Origin: Planctomycetota bacterium
GTDB taxonomy: Bacteria; Planctomycetota; UBA8108; SXIK01
Direction: 5' to 3'
Assembly: GCA_965223265.1 (NCBI GenBank)
Contig: OZ244999.1
Coordinates: forward strand, 1,760,001 to 1,824,000
DNA length: 64,000 nt
In this document: piece after piece, positions 9,393-19,739 of the stretch
Position numbering within the stretch: position 1 is the stretch's first letter
Layout of the letters: the number at the start of each line of letters is the position of its first letter
Program-made: the position numbers and the translations under genes
Notes under the pieces: model-generated
Told to the model about the DNA's origin: nothing
Database searches by the model: none
What the model saw: only the letters and a program-made list of their open reading frames with translations

Positions 9393-10718
9393 TTATACCT
9401 CCGTCAACCGTTCGCTTGAGTCGCCGAAGGCGTCGAGATGGATGCCAAACTTGTCGAGCATCGACAGGTACAAACTACACATCTTGCGGTTCGGTTTGTC
9501 GAGGTAGTTGAGGACCCGCCCGCCCTCGAGTTTTCCGCCTCCGCCGCCGAGTACGACCACGGGAAGTTTGGTCGCATCGTGGCGACCGGTCAGCATGCTC
9601 GAGCAGAACATCAATATCGTGTTGTCGAGCGCCGTACGCCCGCCTTCCTCGATGGCGTCCAGCTGGTGGGCGATGTGGCCGACCTGCTCAGCGAAAAACT
9701 GATTCACCTTGAGCCAATCGTCGTTGTTCTGATGGGATAGCTCATGGTGGCCGACGTCGACTCCGAGGTGAGGAAAGCGCAGGTAGCTGTGGTCGTTGTT
9801 CAGCTTGAGCGTAGAGATGCGCGATGTGTCGGTCTGAAATGCGAGGATCAAAATGTCGCACATCAGCCGCATGTGCTCGGAGAGATCTTGTGGGACGCCG
9901 TCAGGTGGACGCGGCGTGTTCGGTTTTTCGAGCGCTGGCCGCCAGCCCTGCAGTTCCCCCTTGGTGCCTGCACTCTCGATGCGCTTTTCAACTTCGCGCA
10001 CCGAATTGAGGTACTCGTCGAGCTTGCGCTGATCTCTTGCGCTGATTCTCCGGCGCAAGCGTCTGGCTTCCGCCAGTGCTGCGTCCAGCACGCTCTGGTC
10101 GCCGCGCCGCGCGTCGTCCTTGAACAGGCGATCGAACGCCAATGCCGGGTAGAGTTCCAGGGGCGTTGGAGTCGTCGGCGAGCTCCAGGAGATGTGCGAG
10201 CTATAGAGCATCGAGTAGTTTTTGTGGATCCCAGGATTCGACCGCTCGCAGCCAAGAACAAGGCTTGGGACCTTCGTCGATTGCCCGTAGCGCTGTGCGA
10301 CGAGTTGGTCGAAGCTTGTGCCTGAGCGAATGTCACCGCCGGCGGCAAGAGGCGCGCCGGAGAGCAGATTGCCAGTCTGCGAGCTGTGGATGTTCCCCTT
10401 CAGCGCTTCAGCATTGTAGAGTCCGCTGATGAAAAGAAGTCGCTCTCGGAAGTCGCTCAGCGGTGCGAGCACCTTCCCGAGCTCCATCTCCCGCCCTTCC
10501 CCACGCGCCCACCACTCGGTGCTGTGAAATCCGTTGCCGGAGAAGAGCACCGCCAAGCGCAGGGGTGCCTGACCCTCGGAGTTTGACGCCGCTGGCTTGG
10601 ACGTCTCGTCTCCCCAGACCGTAAGCGATTCCATCCAAGGCAGAGCCATCGAGACGCCAACGCCGCGCAGGAAGGTGCGGCGCGAGAACTGAAGTGCTCT
10701 GTGTGACCTTCGTTTCAT
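9393..10718 (-). CDS. DUF1552 domain protein (Tat-like leader)
   Basis: SRRTFLRGVGVSMALPWMES, SHISWSSPTTP, KLDEYLNSVREVEKRI, HHELSH; directly downstream of a DUF1592 gene. Confidence 0.9.
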   Translation of the reverse strand: MKRRSHRALQFSRRTFLRGVGVSMALPWMESLTVWGDETSKPAASNSEGQAPLRLAVLFSGNGFHSTEWWARGEGREMELGKVLAPLSDFRERLLFISGLYNAEALKGNIHSSQTGNLLSGAPLAAGGDIRSGTSFDQLVAQRYGQSTKVPSLVLGCERSNPGIHKNYSMLYSSHISWSSPTTPTPLELYPALAFDRLFKDDARRGDQSVLDAALAEARRLRRRISARDQRKLDEYLNSVREVEKRIESAGTKGELQGWRPALEKPNTPRPPDGVPQDLSEHMRLMCDILILAFQTDTSRISTLKLNNDHSYLRFPHLGVDVGHHELSHQNNDDWLKVNQFFAEQVGHIAHQLDAIEEGGRTALDNTILMFCSSMLTGRHDATKLPVVVLGGGGGKLEGGRVLNYLDKPNRKMCSLYLSMLDKFGIHLDAFGDSSERLTEV

Positions 10719-10801
10719 GATGATCTTCTCCTGCCCTCCCTCATCGGATTCGAACAAGTCGCCCCTGAGTGAGAGGATACCAAAACCGAAAGAGCCAATG
10801 C

Positions 10802-13800
10802 CTAGAATTTCGCGTCGCGTCGACCAGCTGGTCGAATCGTACGGAATTGATCGCTCAGCACGATCGCTTCAACTGCGGCGGAGAGACGATAACCGCGATG
10901 GACCAGGCGTTCTTCCATAGTTTCCAGGAGCGGCCGGTCAGAGAGTTGGATCTCTCGACCGATCGCGTAGCCGAGAAGTTTACGACAGAATTGGCGCACG
11001 AAAGCTGGGCGCCGCTGTGTCAGAAGATAATCCCTCAAGCCGTCCAAGCCGCGGACGGACGTGCCGTCTGGAAGTGTTGCTTGGGTGTCAATCGGACGGC
11101 CACCGAGATCCATATCTCGGCGTCTGCCGATGGCATCGAAGGTCTCGAGGGCGAAACCGAAGGGATCGATTCGTTGGTGGCACGACGCACAATTCGGGTC
11201 GCTTGTGTGTTTGGCGACGAGCTCCCGTACGGTGAGACCTTCGGTCGTGAGCTCATCGGCCGGGAGCTCCGGCACGTCCTGCGGCGGGCGTGGGAGTTTT
11301 TCGCCGAGAAGGACCTCACTCACCCAGTTACCGCGCAGGATGGGACTCGTTCGCGACGCGCCCGATTGCTTCGCCAAGATTGCTGCCAGACCGAGAATGC
11401 CACCGCGGCCGTAGCGACGCATTCCCTCGACGCGGCGCCACGCACCGTCGTTGTTGCCGTTGGCACGCCGTTCGGAGACGTCGTCGTCAGCGTCGGCGTC
11501 GATACTGGTATCGACGCGCGCACGAGAGGCAGCGGGATCGAGAGCGTAAAACTCTGCCAGTGCGCTGTTGACGAACGTGTAGTCGGCGTTGAGAAGAGTC
11601 AGCAGCGATGCGTCGCGCTGCAGCAGATCGGTGAAAAACCGGATCGCCTCCTCATATATGCCAGCGCGTAAGGCGGCGAACTCAGGGAAGTGCTTGTCGC
11701 TCTTCTGATCCAGTTGATCGAACTCATAGATGTGTAGCCACTGACAAACGAACTCAGTCGCCAGGCGCCGCACGCGCGCATCGGTGAGCATGCGGCGCGC
11801 CTGCGCTATGAGAACCGTGTCCGTGTGCAGGGAGCCTCGAGCCGCAGCGTCGCGAAGCTCGTCGTCTGGAGGGCCCGACCAAAGAAAGTAGCTCAGTCGG
11901 TTCGCTAACTCCCAGGTGGTCACCGGTGTGGGAGATTTTTCCCCCGAGGTTGCCGCTTCCAGCTTGTAGAGAAACGGTGCAGAGACAAACACGCGAGAGA
12001 GTCCCAGCCGGATCGCCTCGTCGTGCGTCATTCCCTGGTGACGTAGTTGACCGTAGAGCGCCCGCAGCTCTTGCTCTTCGACGGGCGCCAGCGGGCGGCG
12101 GTAGGCCCATGCGGCGAAGTCGACGAGTGCGTGGACGTGATCCCGCTCGGAGTCGATCAGCTGCTCCTCGAATCGACGGGCGTCGTCGCGAAATGCTGTC
12201 CGGAGAGAGCGCACAGCATCAAATTGCGGACTTCCCTGCATGACTTCGAGGAGGATCTCCAGCGCATCGACGCGCTGGAAGGCACTCTGACTCACGTAGT
12301 GAAGCTCGTCCCAGAGGCGGTCGAGCGCCGCGCGTTGCGTGCTATCAAGCATCAGACGAACGAGGTGATCATCTTCGCGATAAAAGAGCGCTAGCGTCAG
12401 GACTTCGTCGACTGGAACGATCTGTGTGTAGCAGAGCGCTGCGGGGAACAGGCGACGGTGGGTCGCGAACGCCGACTCGAACCGACTGCGCGCCGCGCTC
12501 CTCTCGTCGACGAGGATCGGTCTTGAGTGAGTGACTTCACGGCGATCGGAAAACACGTGGGTGACGCGGGAGAACTTGACCACGACGGAGCTGGGTAACA
12601 GGCCGGGAGCCTGGTCTGGAACGCCTCGCACAAGCTCGACTTGCACGCTACCCTCGTTGCCTGTTGGGTGGTGGAGTACCGCAGCCGTGACAAGATCGCG
12701 GCCTGAAGCGATTGCCGCGGGCAAGCGAAACGTGATCACCGACGGTGCCTGGACACAGATGGACTCCGGATCGATCGTGTTGCCGTCAGGGTGTCGTCCA
12801 AAGAGCGCGGGATCGAGGCCGTACCCGTCTTCGTCGCTCTTCGTGTCGCTCCGTGGAGAGGGCGCGGCAATCGACGCGCGGGCACGGACTTCGCGCAGAA
12901 GGATGTCAGGCTGGTCGTTGGCTACGAGCCGTGGCCGCTTCCAGACGACGAAGTCCGACGCGTTGCCATCGCCTGCGTCAGTGACGACGAGCGAGACGAC
13001 GAGCGGCATAGGTGAGGCGGCATTGATCTCGCCGTCGTCGATGTTTCGTGTGTCGCGCCGCGCTGTTGCTTGCGCGCGATTCTCTGCCTCGTTCGCTTTT
13101 GCGGCGGGAGGGGCCGGAAAGCTGAGGCGTAGATCAATCCTTGTTGCGACTGGATCGATCGGCTCCATCCAACGTCTGGGACTTCCTTGTCGGCCGATCA
13201 AGCCGACCGGGCCGAACGTCCACAAGCCCTTCTGCCAAGCTGCGACCTCGCCGGCGATGGCAGCCGCATCCGAGGCATCGGCCTGCCGCCATTTCATGCG
13301 AAGCTCATCGAGCAGGAGCGACGCGTCAGTGCCGATCAGGTGAGACCAAAGCGTCTTGAGGTATCGAGCGTTCAATCGGTATTCACGTGCAACAGCTTTG
13401 AGTGTTTTCTTGCCGCTGGTGAGAGCCGTGCGTTCGGCGAGCGTCGCAGTGAAATATCGTTCGAGCGGCAGACGTCCAGCGCGCCCGAGTCGTGTGTCGC
13501 GGTGAACTTCGATGTTGCCCACAGCAGAGCCTACACCCAGATTCGACGACTCGGTGAAGCGTTCATAGAAGGCGCGAATCGCCGCCAGGATTTCGTCCGT
13601 CCAATCACGTCGCGTCGAGTTCGGAGAAAAACGAAATCCGTCGGGGAGGAGAACTGCGTGCTGGGCGATGTGTTCTCCTGCATCCAGATACTTTCGGAGC
13701 AGCGCCGGAGACATGACGAGCGCGTTTCCTGTGTTGGTGAACCCTTCGCCAGCGGCGCTGTCCGTCGGGAAGCCGCGTGTTGGATCTATATCGACACCGA

Positions 13801-14293
13801 TCAGATCCTTGACCGTATAGGCGTACTCGGCGTTGTTGAGCCGCCGAAGCACGACGGGGCCGGGATCGCCGGCGCTCGCCAGCGCCTCAGCGTCTATATA
13901 TTTCGTCACCCATGCGCGCAGTGTCGCGAGTTCCGCGGGTGTGGGCTGTGGAGCGTCCGGCGGCGGCATTTCGCCTCGTTTGAGCATATCGGCGACCTGC
14001 ACCCACGCCTTCGCTGCGCTGCGAACCTCGGCGAACGTGGTGAAGCTCTCGAGCTCGAGGTTGCCCTCGCGCTTCTCCTGGGAGTGACAACGGGTGCAGT
14101 ACTTGCTGACGAGTGGGAGAGCGTCAGTTGCATACGCTCGCGCCAACGCGTCGAAATCAGAGTCCGGCGGCTCCGCCGCTCTCAAGGCGGCCGCGATTCC
14201 CAGCACGACGAGCGCAGTACTCAGAGATAGCGTCAAGCGCGGCATAGCCCGCAGGGCAGAACTTCGAATGTTGTTTGTTGCCGTCGTGGTCAT
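10802..14293 (-). CDS. planctomycete cytochrome c / DUF1587-DUF1592-DUF1588-DUF1585 protein
   Basis: CTRCH and CASCH heme motifs; LRRLNNAEY, ELANRLSYFLWSGPPD, RTSPILRGNWV, DPFGFALETFDAIGR. Confidence 0.92.
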   Translation of the reverse strand: MTTTATNNIRSSALRAMPRLTLSLSTALVVLGIAAALRAAEPPDSDFDALARAYATDALPLVSKYCTRCHSQEKREGNLELESFTTFAEVRSAAKAWVQVADMLKRGEMPPPDAPQPTPAELATLRAWVTKYIDAEALASAGDPGPVVLRRLNNAEYAYTVKDLIGVDIDPTRGFPTDSAAGEGFTNTGNALVMSPALLRKYLDAGEHIAQHAVLLPDGFRFSPNSTRRDWTDEILAAIRAFYERFTESSNLGVGSAVGNIEVHRDTRLGRAGRLPLERYFTATLAERTALTSGKKTLKAVAREYRLNARYLKTLWSHLIGTDASLLLDELRMKWRQADASDAAAIAGEVAAWQKGLWTFGPVGLIGRQGSPRRWMEPIDPVATRIDLRLSFPAPPAAKANEAENRAQATARRDTRNIDDGEINAASPMPLVVSLVVTDAGDGNASDFVVWKRPRLVANDQPDILLREVRARASIAAPSPRSDTKSDEDGYGLDPALFGRHPDGNTIDPESICVQAPSVITFRLPAAIASGRDLVTAAVLHHPTGNEGSVQVELVRGVPDQAPGLLPSSVVVKFSRVTHVFSDRREVTHSRPILVDERSAARSRFESAFATHRRLFPAALCYTQIVPVDEVLTLALFYREDDHLVRLMLDSTQRAALDRLWDELHYVSQSAFQRVDALEILLEVMQGSPQFDAVRSLRTAFRDDARRFEEQLIDSERDHVHALVDFAAWAYRRPLAPVEEQELRALYGQLRHQGMTHDEAIRLGLSRVFVSAPFLYKLEAATSGEKSPTPVTTWELANRLSYFLWSGPPDDELRDAAARGSLHTDTVLIAQARRMLTDARVRRLATEFVCQWLHIYEFDQLDQKSDKHFPEFAALRAGIYEEAIRFFTDLLQRDASLLTLLNADYTFVNSALAEFYALDPAASRARVDTSIDADADDDVSERRANGNNDGAWRRVEGMRRYGRGGILGLAAILAKQSGASRTSPILRGNWVSEVLLGEKLPRPPQDVPELPADELTTEGLTVRELVAKHTSDPNCASCHQRIDPFGFALETFDAIGRRRDMDLGGRPIDTQATLPDGTSVRGLDGLRDYLLTQRRPAFVRQFCRKLLGYAIGREIQLSDRPLLETMEERLVHRGYRLSAAVEAIVLSDQFRTIRPAGRRDAKF

Positions 14294-14661
14294 GACGGCG
14301 GTCCCTTCTTTTCGGTGGGAGTTTCGTTGTCGAAGAATTCGTTCGGGCGTTGAAAGATCCCGATGGCGAGACAGCCGTCTGGACTATGCGCCGTATGTAC
14401 GGAGTCCCGTGCGCGCCAGACAAAGTTGCCGGCTGTGCAGACGCCGTCGCCATCGACCAGACTGCCCTCGAGGACGAACGTCTGCTCGATTCCCGTGTGG
14501 CGGTGGAGCGGGAGCGTCGCCCCAGGGTCGAGCCGAAAAAGAGCGGTAAAGGCGCCGCTTGCTTCGTCACGCCAAAGCATCTTTGTGTGAACACCCGGGA
14601 AGTCGCTTGACTGCCACTCGAGGTTACTCACATCGACGTAGTGAGATGCGTTTTTCGCCAT
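14290..14661 (-). CDS. ChrR-like cupin domain protein
   Basis: PGATLPLHRHTGIEQTFVLEG and SVHTAHSPDG cupin metal motifs. ATG at 14661 preferred over the long 5' extension. Confidence 0.85.
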   Translation of the reverse strand: MAKNASHYVDVSNLEWQSSDFPGVHTKMLWRDEASGAFTALFRLDPGATLPLHRHTGIEQTFVLEGSLVDGDGVCTAGNFVWRARDSVHTAHSPDGCLAIGIFQRPNEFFDNETPTEKKGPPS

Positions 14662-14982
14662 AGCGGTCTGTAGAAGATATGACCAAGGAACCAAACTCGA
14701 GGATAAATCAAGTCTATGTCGCCGGCGGCTGGAACGAAAGAGCGCGAGTCGAGGGCTTGTCGAAAAGTCAGCAAGTTCGTCGGCGTTTCGGCGCCCGCGT
14801 CTCGAGGTCAATGACCCGTCTCTGCCCTGCATCCATACCCCTGCCGCTTCTCTGCCTGATCTTCGTTGGCTTCTGATGAAAGATCTCAAGAAGAGTTGAA
14901 CAAAAGGAAACCAAGTCAACGAAGGAAGGCCGTCCAAAGGAGCAAGCACACGCCGTGTGCCGTCCGGTCTGGCACACTCCCA

Positions 14983-15070
14983 CCCCATTGTTGCGAAAGA
15001 GAAGCACTTCAAGACCGTGCGCGATGCGATTGCGACTGCGATTACGTGGGGCGTATCTGACTCCGCCTCT
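14983..15070 (+). repeat. truncated copy of MITE-like family B
   Basis: CCCCATTGTTGCGAAAGAGAAGCACTTCAAGACCGTGCGCGA matches the left ends at 1027 and 1174, followed by TGCGAT-type hexamers and TCTGACTCCGC. Confidence 0.7.
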
Positions 15071-15090
15071 TCGTCATCCCCCCAGGGGCA

Positions 15091-16281
15091 CTACTCTGTG
15101 TCGCCGCGTCCCGGGTCTCGGCGTCCCCGAAGAGACGCTGCGATCGCGTCCCGTGCGACCCGAAACGGTCGTATGGCGTAGTAGAGTGGTTCGAGGGACC
15201 TGGGTAGTTTCACGAACGCACGATCCTTCGCTCCCGGCGCAAACGCCTTTCGAGCCCAGTACTGCGTGGCGTAGATCGTTCGGTAGTAGTAGTAACGAGC
15301 TTTGTCTTTGCTGCCACCGACAAAAACGCGCCGATCAATATCGCTCCGCCACGGACGAGCGATGACGCGCTGGCGGATTTGTTCTGTCGCAATGCGATTT
15401 TTCGGGTCGGAAGCGACGCCCGCCTCAACCTTCTCTGGCAGCTCTGCGTTCAGAAGTCGACTAATGAGGGACAGCGCTAGACTCACGCTTCCACCGTTGG
15501 CCGATTCTTCAACGATACGTTCGATATCGACCTCGGGATGCGCGCGAACCAGCTCCGCAAGGTCACAGATCTTCGCCAAACGGCTGCGCCCTTCCCAATA
15601 CTCCTTGCCGATTTGCACCGAGAGGGAGTCGAGCAAATGGTCGGAGCGTAGATTTCGCACTCGACTGCCGGCGAAAGATTCCTGAACCGCGCCATCCCAC
15701 AGTGTGTCGAACGATATTGCGGCGGCGAGGAACTTAGGTGCGAGCCCTTTGTGTAGATCGACCTTAACCTCGCCGCGCAAGAACGTCTGCTCGTAGTCGT
15801 AGAATCCGACGAGTTTGAACCCTGCGTCGAGAAAGATCGCTGACGCCTTGCGAAAGTCTCGCGGATGAACCAAGAGGTCGAGGTCCCAGCATTGACGGAG
15901 TCCTATATCTCCATAGGTAAGTTGCGCCAGCAGCGGGCCTTTGAACGGGAGAGCGCGGATGCCGTGGCTCGCGAATAGATCAAGTAGCGAGATCAAGTTC
16001 TCTGCCAGAAACTGATTGCGCTCGACGTTGGAACTGTATAGCTCGCTGAGCTTAGTCAGAACCTCGCCCGGAACATCACCCGGGCACGCAGAATTGAGGC
16101 TGTTGTACAAAAGAAGGCTGACACGGTTGCGATCGGCAACTGCGAAGAAGCGTTCCCAGTCAATCCCACTCCTTGCCAGCTCGCGAACCCGCTCCGCTGT
16201 CGACGGAGCCAAATTGCAGCGTGCGGAGCTAAAGAATAGCTCGATCTCGTTCGGTTCGAGTGAGACTGTCGTCTCTGGCAT
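15091..16281 (-). CDS. uncharacterised nucleotidyltransferase (NTP_transf_5/PF14907-like)
   Basis: PFKGPLLAQLTYGDIGLRQCWDLDLLV and VDLH motifs, and C-terminal PLYYAIRPFR. Start may extend toward 16464. Confidence 0.85.
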   Translation of the reverse strand: MPETTVSLEPNEIELFFSSARCNLAPSTAERVRELARSGIDWERFFAVADRNRVSLLLYNSLNSACPGDVPGEVLTKLSELYSSNVERNQFLAENLISLLDLFASHGIRALPFKGPLLAQLTYGDIGLRQCWDLDLLVHPRDFRKASAIFLDAGFKLVGFYDYEQTFLRGEVKVDLHKGLAPKFLAAAISFDTLWDGAVQESFAGSRVRNLRSDHLLDSLSVQIGKEYWEGRSRLAKICDLAELVRAHPEVDIERIVEESANGGSVSLALSLISRLLNAELPEKVEAGVASDPKNRIATEQIRQRVIARPWRSDIDRRVFVGGSKDKARYYYYRTIYATQYWARKAFAPGAKDRAFVKLPRSLEPLYYAIRPFRVARDAIAASLRGRRDPGRGDTE

Positions 16282-16370
16282 GATGATCTCGTCTGCTGCG
16301 CATGTGCACCAAAACCCATGGGACTGAGAAGTGACATTGTCGCCTTGGATGGATTCCGGTATGGGCCGCG

Positions 16371-18755
16371 TCAAGACGTCTGTGGCGACAACAGCGTGGA
16401 CACAAGCTCGGCAGCAGTTGTCGTGCTTTCGTATGTCTCTTGACCAAGTTCGCAGCGGTAACACGGCACCTGCTCAGTCAGCTGAAGCACCCGTGTTTCA
16501 ACATCCGAGCTGGATGATTGCCGCCCATTCGTTGTGCGTGGAACAAAAACGTCAGAGCTCTTCTTCTCCTGGTTGATAGCGAACAGGCCTGAGCGAAGGT
16601 CGTCAGCGGCCACCTCTTTCGAAACGCGCTGGAGTTTCATGCGGCCAGGGCGTCGCGTGATGCTCGGGAACACTATGGCGTGTGCCTTCGCTTGGGTTGC
16701 AGGCTCAACGTCCATGAGATCGTGAAACTGTGCGGGGCTTAGTCCGAATTTTCCGTTGTCCCAAGGTTTTGTTGCGGTGGTGCCCTGGGCGCGCAGCTCG
16801 TCGCGATGCATCCGGAAGTTGTAGCCGCCAGAGACAAGCGGCTCTCGGAGACCAGGGATCAGATCTACCGTTGGCTCGCGTATCGTGACGATCGTCGGCA
16901 TACCCCGAAGCATCGGGGGAGCGGAATCCAGGTCGACGAAGACTCTGTCGTTTGCGATGCAGGACACCCCTGGATGTCGCATCGCGTGGATCAAAAGTGT
17001 CGTCTTGGCGGAGCGTTTAGGGCCGGCAAGCACGACACCTCGGTCTCCGACCGCGAAAGCAGATCCATGGACAAACAGGCCTCCAGCGTCCTGTCCATGG
17101 TTCATTGCGAGTTCTCGAACGACTCGCATGAGCGGTGAACGTGTTTTGCGGTCGAATGATGTGGCGACGATCTCGATATCGCTGGAGTCCCTAAGCAGAT
17201 AAAACACGTTGAAGGACTCATCGAACAGCGCAAGTTCGACCGACGAGTCGTTCCACCGCGGTAGTTGGATCATTTGGCTATCGAGAGAAAATGCGTTCTC
17301 GGTGCCGCCAGCCGGGCCTTGCTTCGCCAGTTGCTCGTGGTGCTTCGGGTCAACGGAGAGCTTCACATGAGCATGGCAGCTCTTCTCCGCAACGAGCTGA
17401 AAGTGAGGGCACAGAAACTCCTCGAGCCAGACAAGATGAGACTCGTACGCGCTTGATACCTGAATTCGCAGATCCCCGTAGGCGAAATGCCTATCGGCTG
17501 CAACAGCCCCATCGGCAGCGAGCGTCGATTCGTCTACATCTCGAGTGTTCCAACTATGTTCTATCAGGCAGTCCCCGATCCCAGCCGGTGGCAAGCGCCC
17601 CGTCAAGTAGAAGTCTCCTCGTTCGACTTGGAACCTTGCCGCATTCGCCATCTCGCAAACTACTCGAGACCCGATCCGGCATTCTATGTTGAGCCTGTAG
17701 AAACCAGGCATTAGCGGAAGTTTTTCGAACTCGCACAAGAACTCACCTCGAGACCCGGAAGCATCTATGGACTCTTCGACAGCGCTGCTGTCGCAGATGG
17801 CAACCGGTTGGTGGTTTTGGTTCAGGATCGTCAGGCTTACGTGGGCGCCTTCGACTCGCGGTCTGTCAGTGGCGTGAAAACCCAGGGCAATCACACCGCG
17901 CTCGCCTGTCGTGAGCGCGGAGACTTCCTCGTGCTTCTGGTTTAGAAGGCGGGTGTGAGTCAGTCGAAACCCGTTCGCGTCGGCATCCGACTGAGCTTCA
18001 AACGAGGTTAAGCTTGACTGCTTGCGGTTCGAAAACGTCGTTTCGAGGTACGTCTGCACGACTTCGCCAGCTTTCCCTTCAGCCTTGACTTGGCCGCGAT
18101 CCATCCAGAGTGCACGTTTGCAGTGCGTCGTGATGACTGACATGTTGTGTCCGACGAAAATGACCGTGCGGCCCTGGTGGGTGATCTCATCCATCTTGCG
18201 AATGCACTTGTCGCGAAACGCAGCATCGCCGACCGCAAGAACTTCGTCGACCAAAAGTATTTCTTGATCGAGGTGCGCTGCTACGGCGAAACCGAGTCTG
18301 ATCTTCATGCCGCTCGAGTAGCGCTTGATCGGTGTGTCCAAGAACTCCTCGACGTCGGAGTAATCGACGATCTCGTCGAACTTTTCTTTGATTTCGGATC
18401 GCGGCATGCCGAGCAAGGCGCCATTGAGGAAAATGTTCTCGCGGCCGGTCAGTTCAGGGTGAAATCCAGTTCCGGCTTGCAGCAGCGAGCCGACGCGCCC
18501 GAACATTTCGGCACGTCCACTGTTGGGTCGCGTGATCCTGCCGAGAACTTTTAACAGCGTGCTCTTTCCCGCGCCGTTCGATCCGACGATGCCGAACATC
18601 TCGCCGTGTTCAACTTCGAAGGAGACGTCCTTGAGCGCCCAAAAGTAGTCTCTGCCTTTCCCAAGCCGCAGGGCGGCGATCAAGCTGCCGTGCTGATCCA
18701 CCCCCTTACGGTAGCGCTTGCTGATCTTGCGGACGCTGACGGCTATACGACTCAT
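16371..18755 (-). CDS. wzt: polysaccharide ABC exporter ATPase (NBD + Wzt_C) fused to a C-terminal HPr-kinase-like P-loop domain
   Basis: GSNGAGKST, YSSGMKIRL and LLVDEVLAVGD; a Wzt_C-like region (LPLMPGFY); then about 370 extra aa with HGSA, GPKRSAKTT and ANDRVFV, homologous to 22935-24161. Confidence 0.9.
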   Translation of the reverse strand: MSRIAVSVRKISKRYRKGVDQHGSLIAALRLGKGRDYFWALKDVSFEVEHGEMFGIVGSNGAGKSTLLKVLGRITRPNSGRAEMFGRVGSLLQAGTGFHPELTGRENIFLNGALLGMPRSEIKEKFDEIVDYSDVEEFLDTPIKRYSSGMKIRLGFAVAAHLDQEILLVDEVLAVGDAAFRDKCIRKMDEITHQGRTVIFVGHNMSVITTHCKRALWMDRGQVKAEGKAGEVVQTYLETTFSNRKQSSLTSFEAQSDADANGFRLTHTRLLNQKHEEVSALTTGERGVIALGFHATDRPRVEGAHVSLTILNQNHQPVAICDSSAVEESIDASGSRGEFLCEFEKLPLMPGFYRLNIECRIGSRVVCEMANAARFQVERGDFYLTGRLPPAGIGDCLIEHSWNTRDVDESTLAADGAVAADRHFAYGDLRIQVSSAYESHLVWLEEFLCPHFQLVAEKSCHAHVKLSVDPKHHEQLAKQGPAGGTENAFSLDSQMIQLPRWNDSSVELALFDESFNVFYLLRDSSDIEIVATSFDRKTRSPLMRVVRELAMNHGQDAGGLFVHGSAFAVGDRGVVLAGPKRSAKTTLLIHAMRHPGVSCIANDRVFVDLDSAPPMLRGMPTIVTIREPTVDLIPGLREPLVSGGYNFRMHRDELRAQGTTATKPWDNGKFGLSPAQFHDLMDVEPATQAKAHAIVFPSITRRPGRMKLQRVSKEVAADDLRSGLFAINQEKKSSDVFVPRTTNGRQSSSSDVETRVLQLTEQVPCYRCELGQETYESTTTAAELVSTLLSPQTS

Positions 18756-18758
18756 GGA

Positions 18759-19643
18759 CTACACCAGATCAGCAATGGAATGTTCGGTGCGGCGAAAAAC
18801 CATTGCGCTGACGGCGACGAGAATACCAATCACGAGCGCCGTGACCCCGAGCCTTAGGTCGGGCGCTCTGCCGCTACCGACGAGCGCCCATCGAAATCCT
18901 TCGATGACGCCGTTCATGGGGTTGAGTTCATAAAGCCAGAGCAGTTGCTTGGGTATCTTGTCCTGGAGGAGACTTGCAGAATAGACAACTGGAGTACCGT
19001 AAAACCAAAGCTTGATGAAGTAGCCTCGAAAGTAGCTCACATCGCGGAAGCGCGCGTAGAGAGCTGCTAGCAGAAGACCAACCACAGTCGAAAGCGCCAT
19101 CGTCATGGCCAACAGGAACGGGAGCGCGAGTATTCGTGATGTGAGTGGAAAATCGTACCAAAGGACAAGCGCGATCAAAATGCCGAACGATAGCGTGAAA
19201 TCGATGAGAGCCGTGCCGATTTCAGCCAGCGGGAGAAGAAGACGGGGGAAGTAGATCCTCGTAATCATCCCTTGATAGCGAACAAAACACTCAGTACTGC
19301 GTGTCACCCCGTCATCGAAGAGCTGCCAGGGAAGTAGAGCCGAGTAGACGAAGATGGGATAAGGGACGCCACCGTCGGTTGGGAGCCCAGCCACACCGCC
19401 CAAAATGACACTGAAGAGGACCATTCGTAGAAACGGGACCAAGACAAACCAGAACGGCCCGAGAGCTGTCTGTCGATAGCGCATTTTGACGTTACGCCAC
19501 AGGAGCACCCATAGCACGTGCCGGGAGTGAAACAGTTCCCGCAAGTCGAGTGCTTGCCAAAAAGTCGCCGGTTCAATGACGATCGTCGGATGCGCGTCTT
19601 GCCTAGGTGCGGTCGAAGAGCTCGTCGTATCTGCGCGTGTCAT
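18759..19643 (-). CDS. wzm: polysaccharide ABC exporter permease
   Basis: RNVKMRYRQTALG, RIYFPR, FYGTPVVY and LNPMNGVIEGFRW; six hydrophobic helices; abuts wzt. Confidence 0.94.
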   Translation of the reverse strand: MTRADTTSSSTAPRQDAHPTIVIEPATFWQALDLRELFHSRHVLWVLLWRNVKMRYRQTALGPFWFVLVPFLRMVLFSVILGGVAGLPTDGGVPYPIFVYSALLPWQLFDDGVTRSTECFVRYQGMITRIYFPRLLLPLAEIGTALIDFTLSFGILIALVLWYDFPLTSRILALPFLLAMTMALSTVVGLLLAALYARFRDVSYFRGYFIKLWFYGTPVVYSASLLQDKIPKQLLWLYELNPMNGVIEGFRWALVGSGRAPDLRLGVTALVIGILVAVSAMVFRRTEHSIADLV

Positions 19644-19739
19644 GTAACGATAGCCACCGCATTCCTAGTGGGTTTGACCGTTGACGGTCGTAGGTCTTTT
19701 TCTGAGCAGTCGAGCGGCCGCGATGAGCCTGACAACACT

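Noticed and set aside
7080-14230. long antisense ORFs (e.g. 7080-8033, 10769-11671, 13187-14230; also 31246-32232, 55427-56344)
   Set aside because: These are shadow frames of well-supported genes in high-GC DNA.
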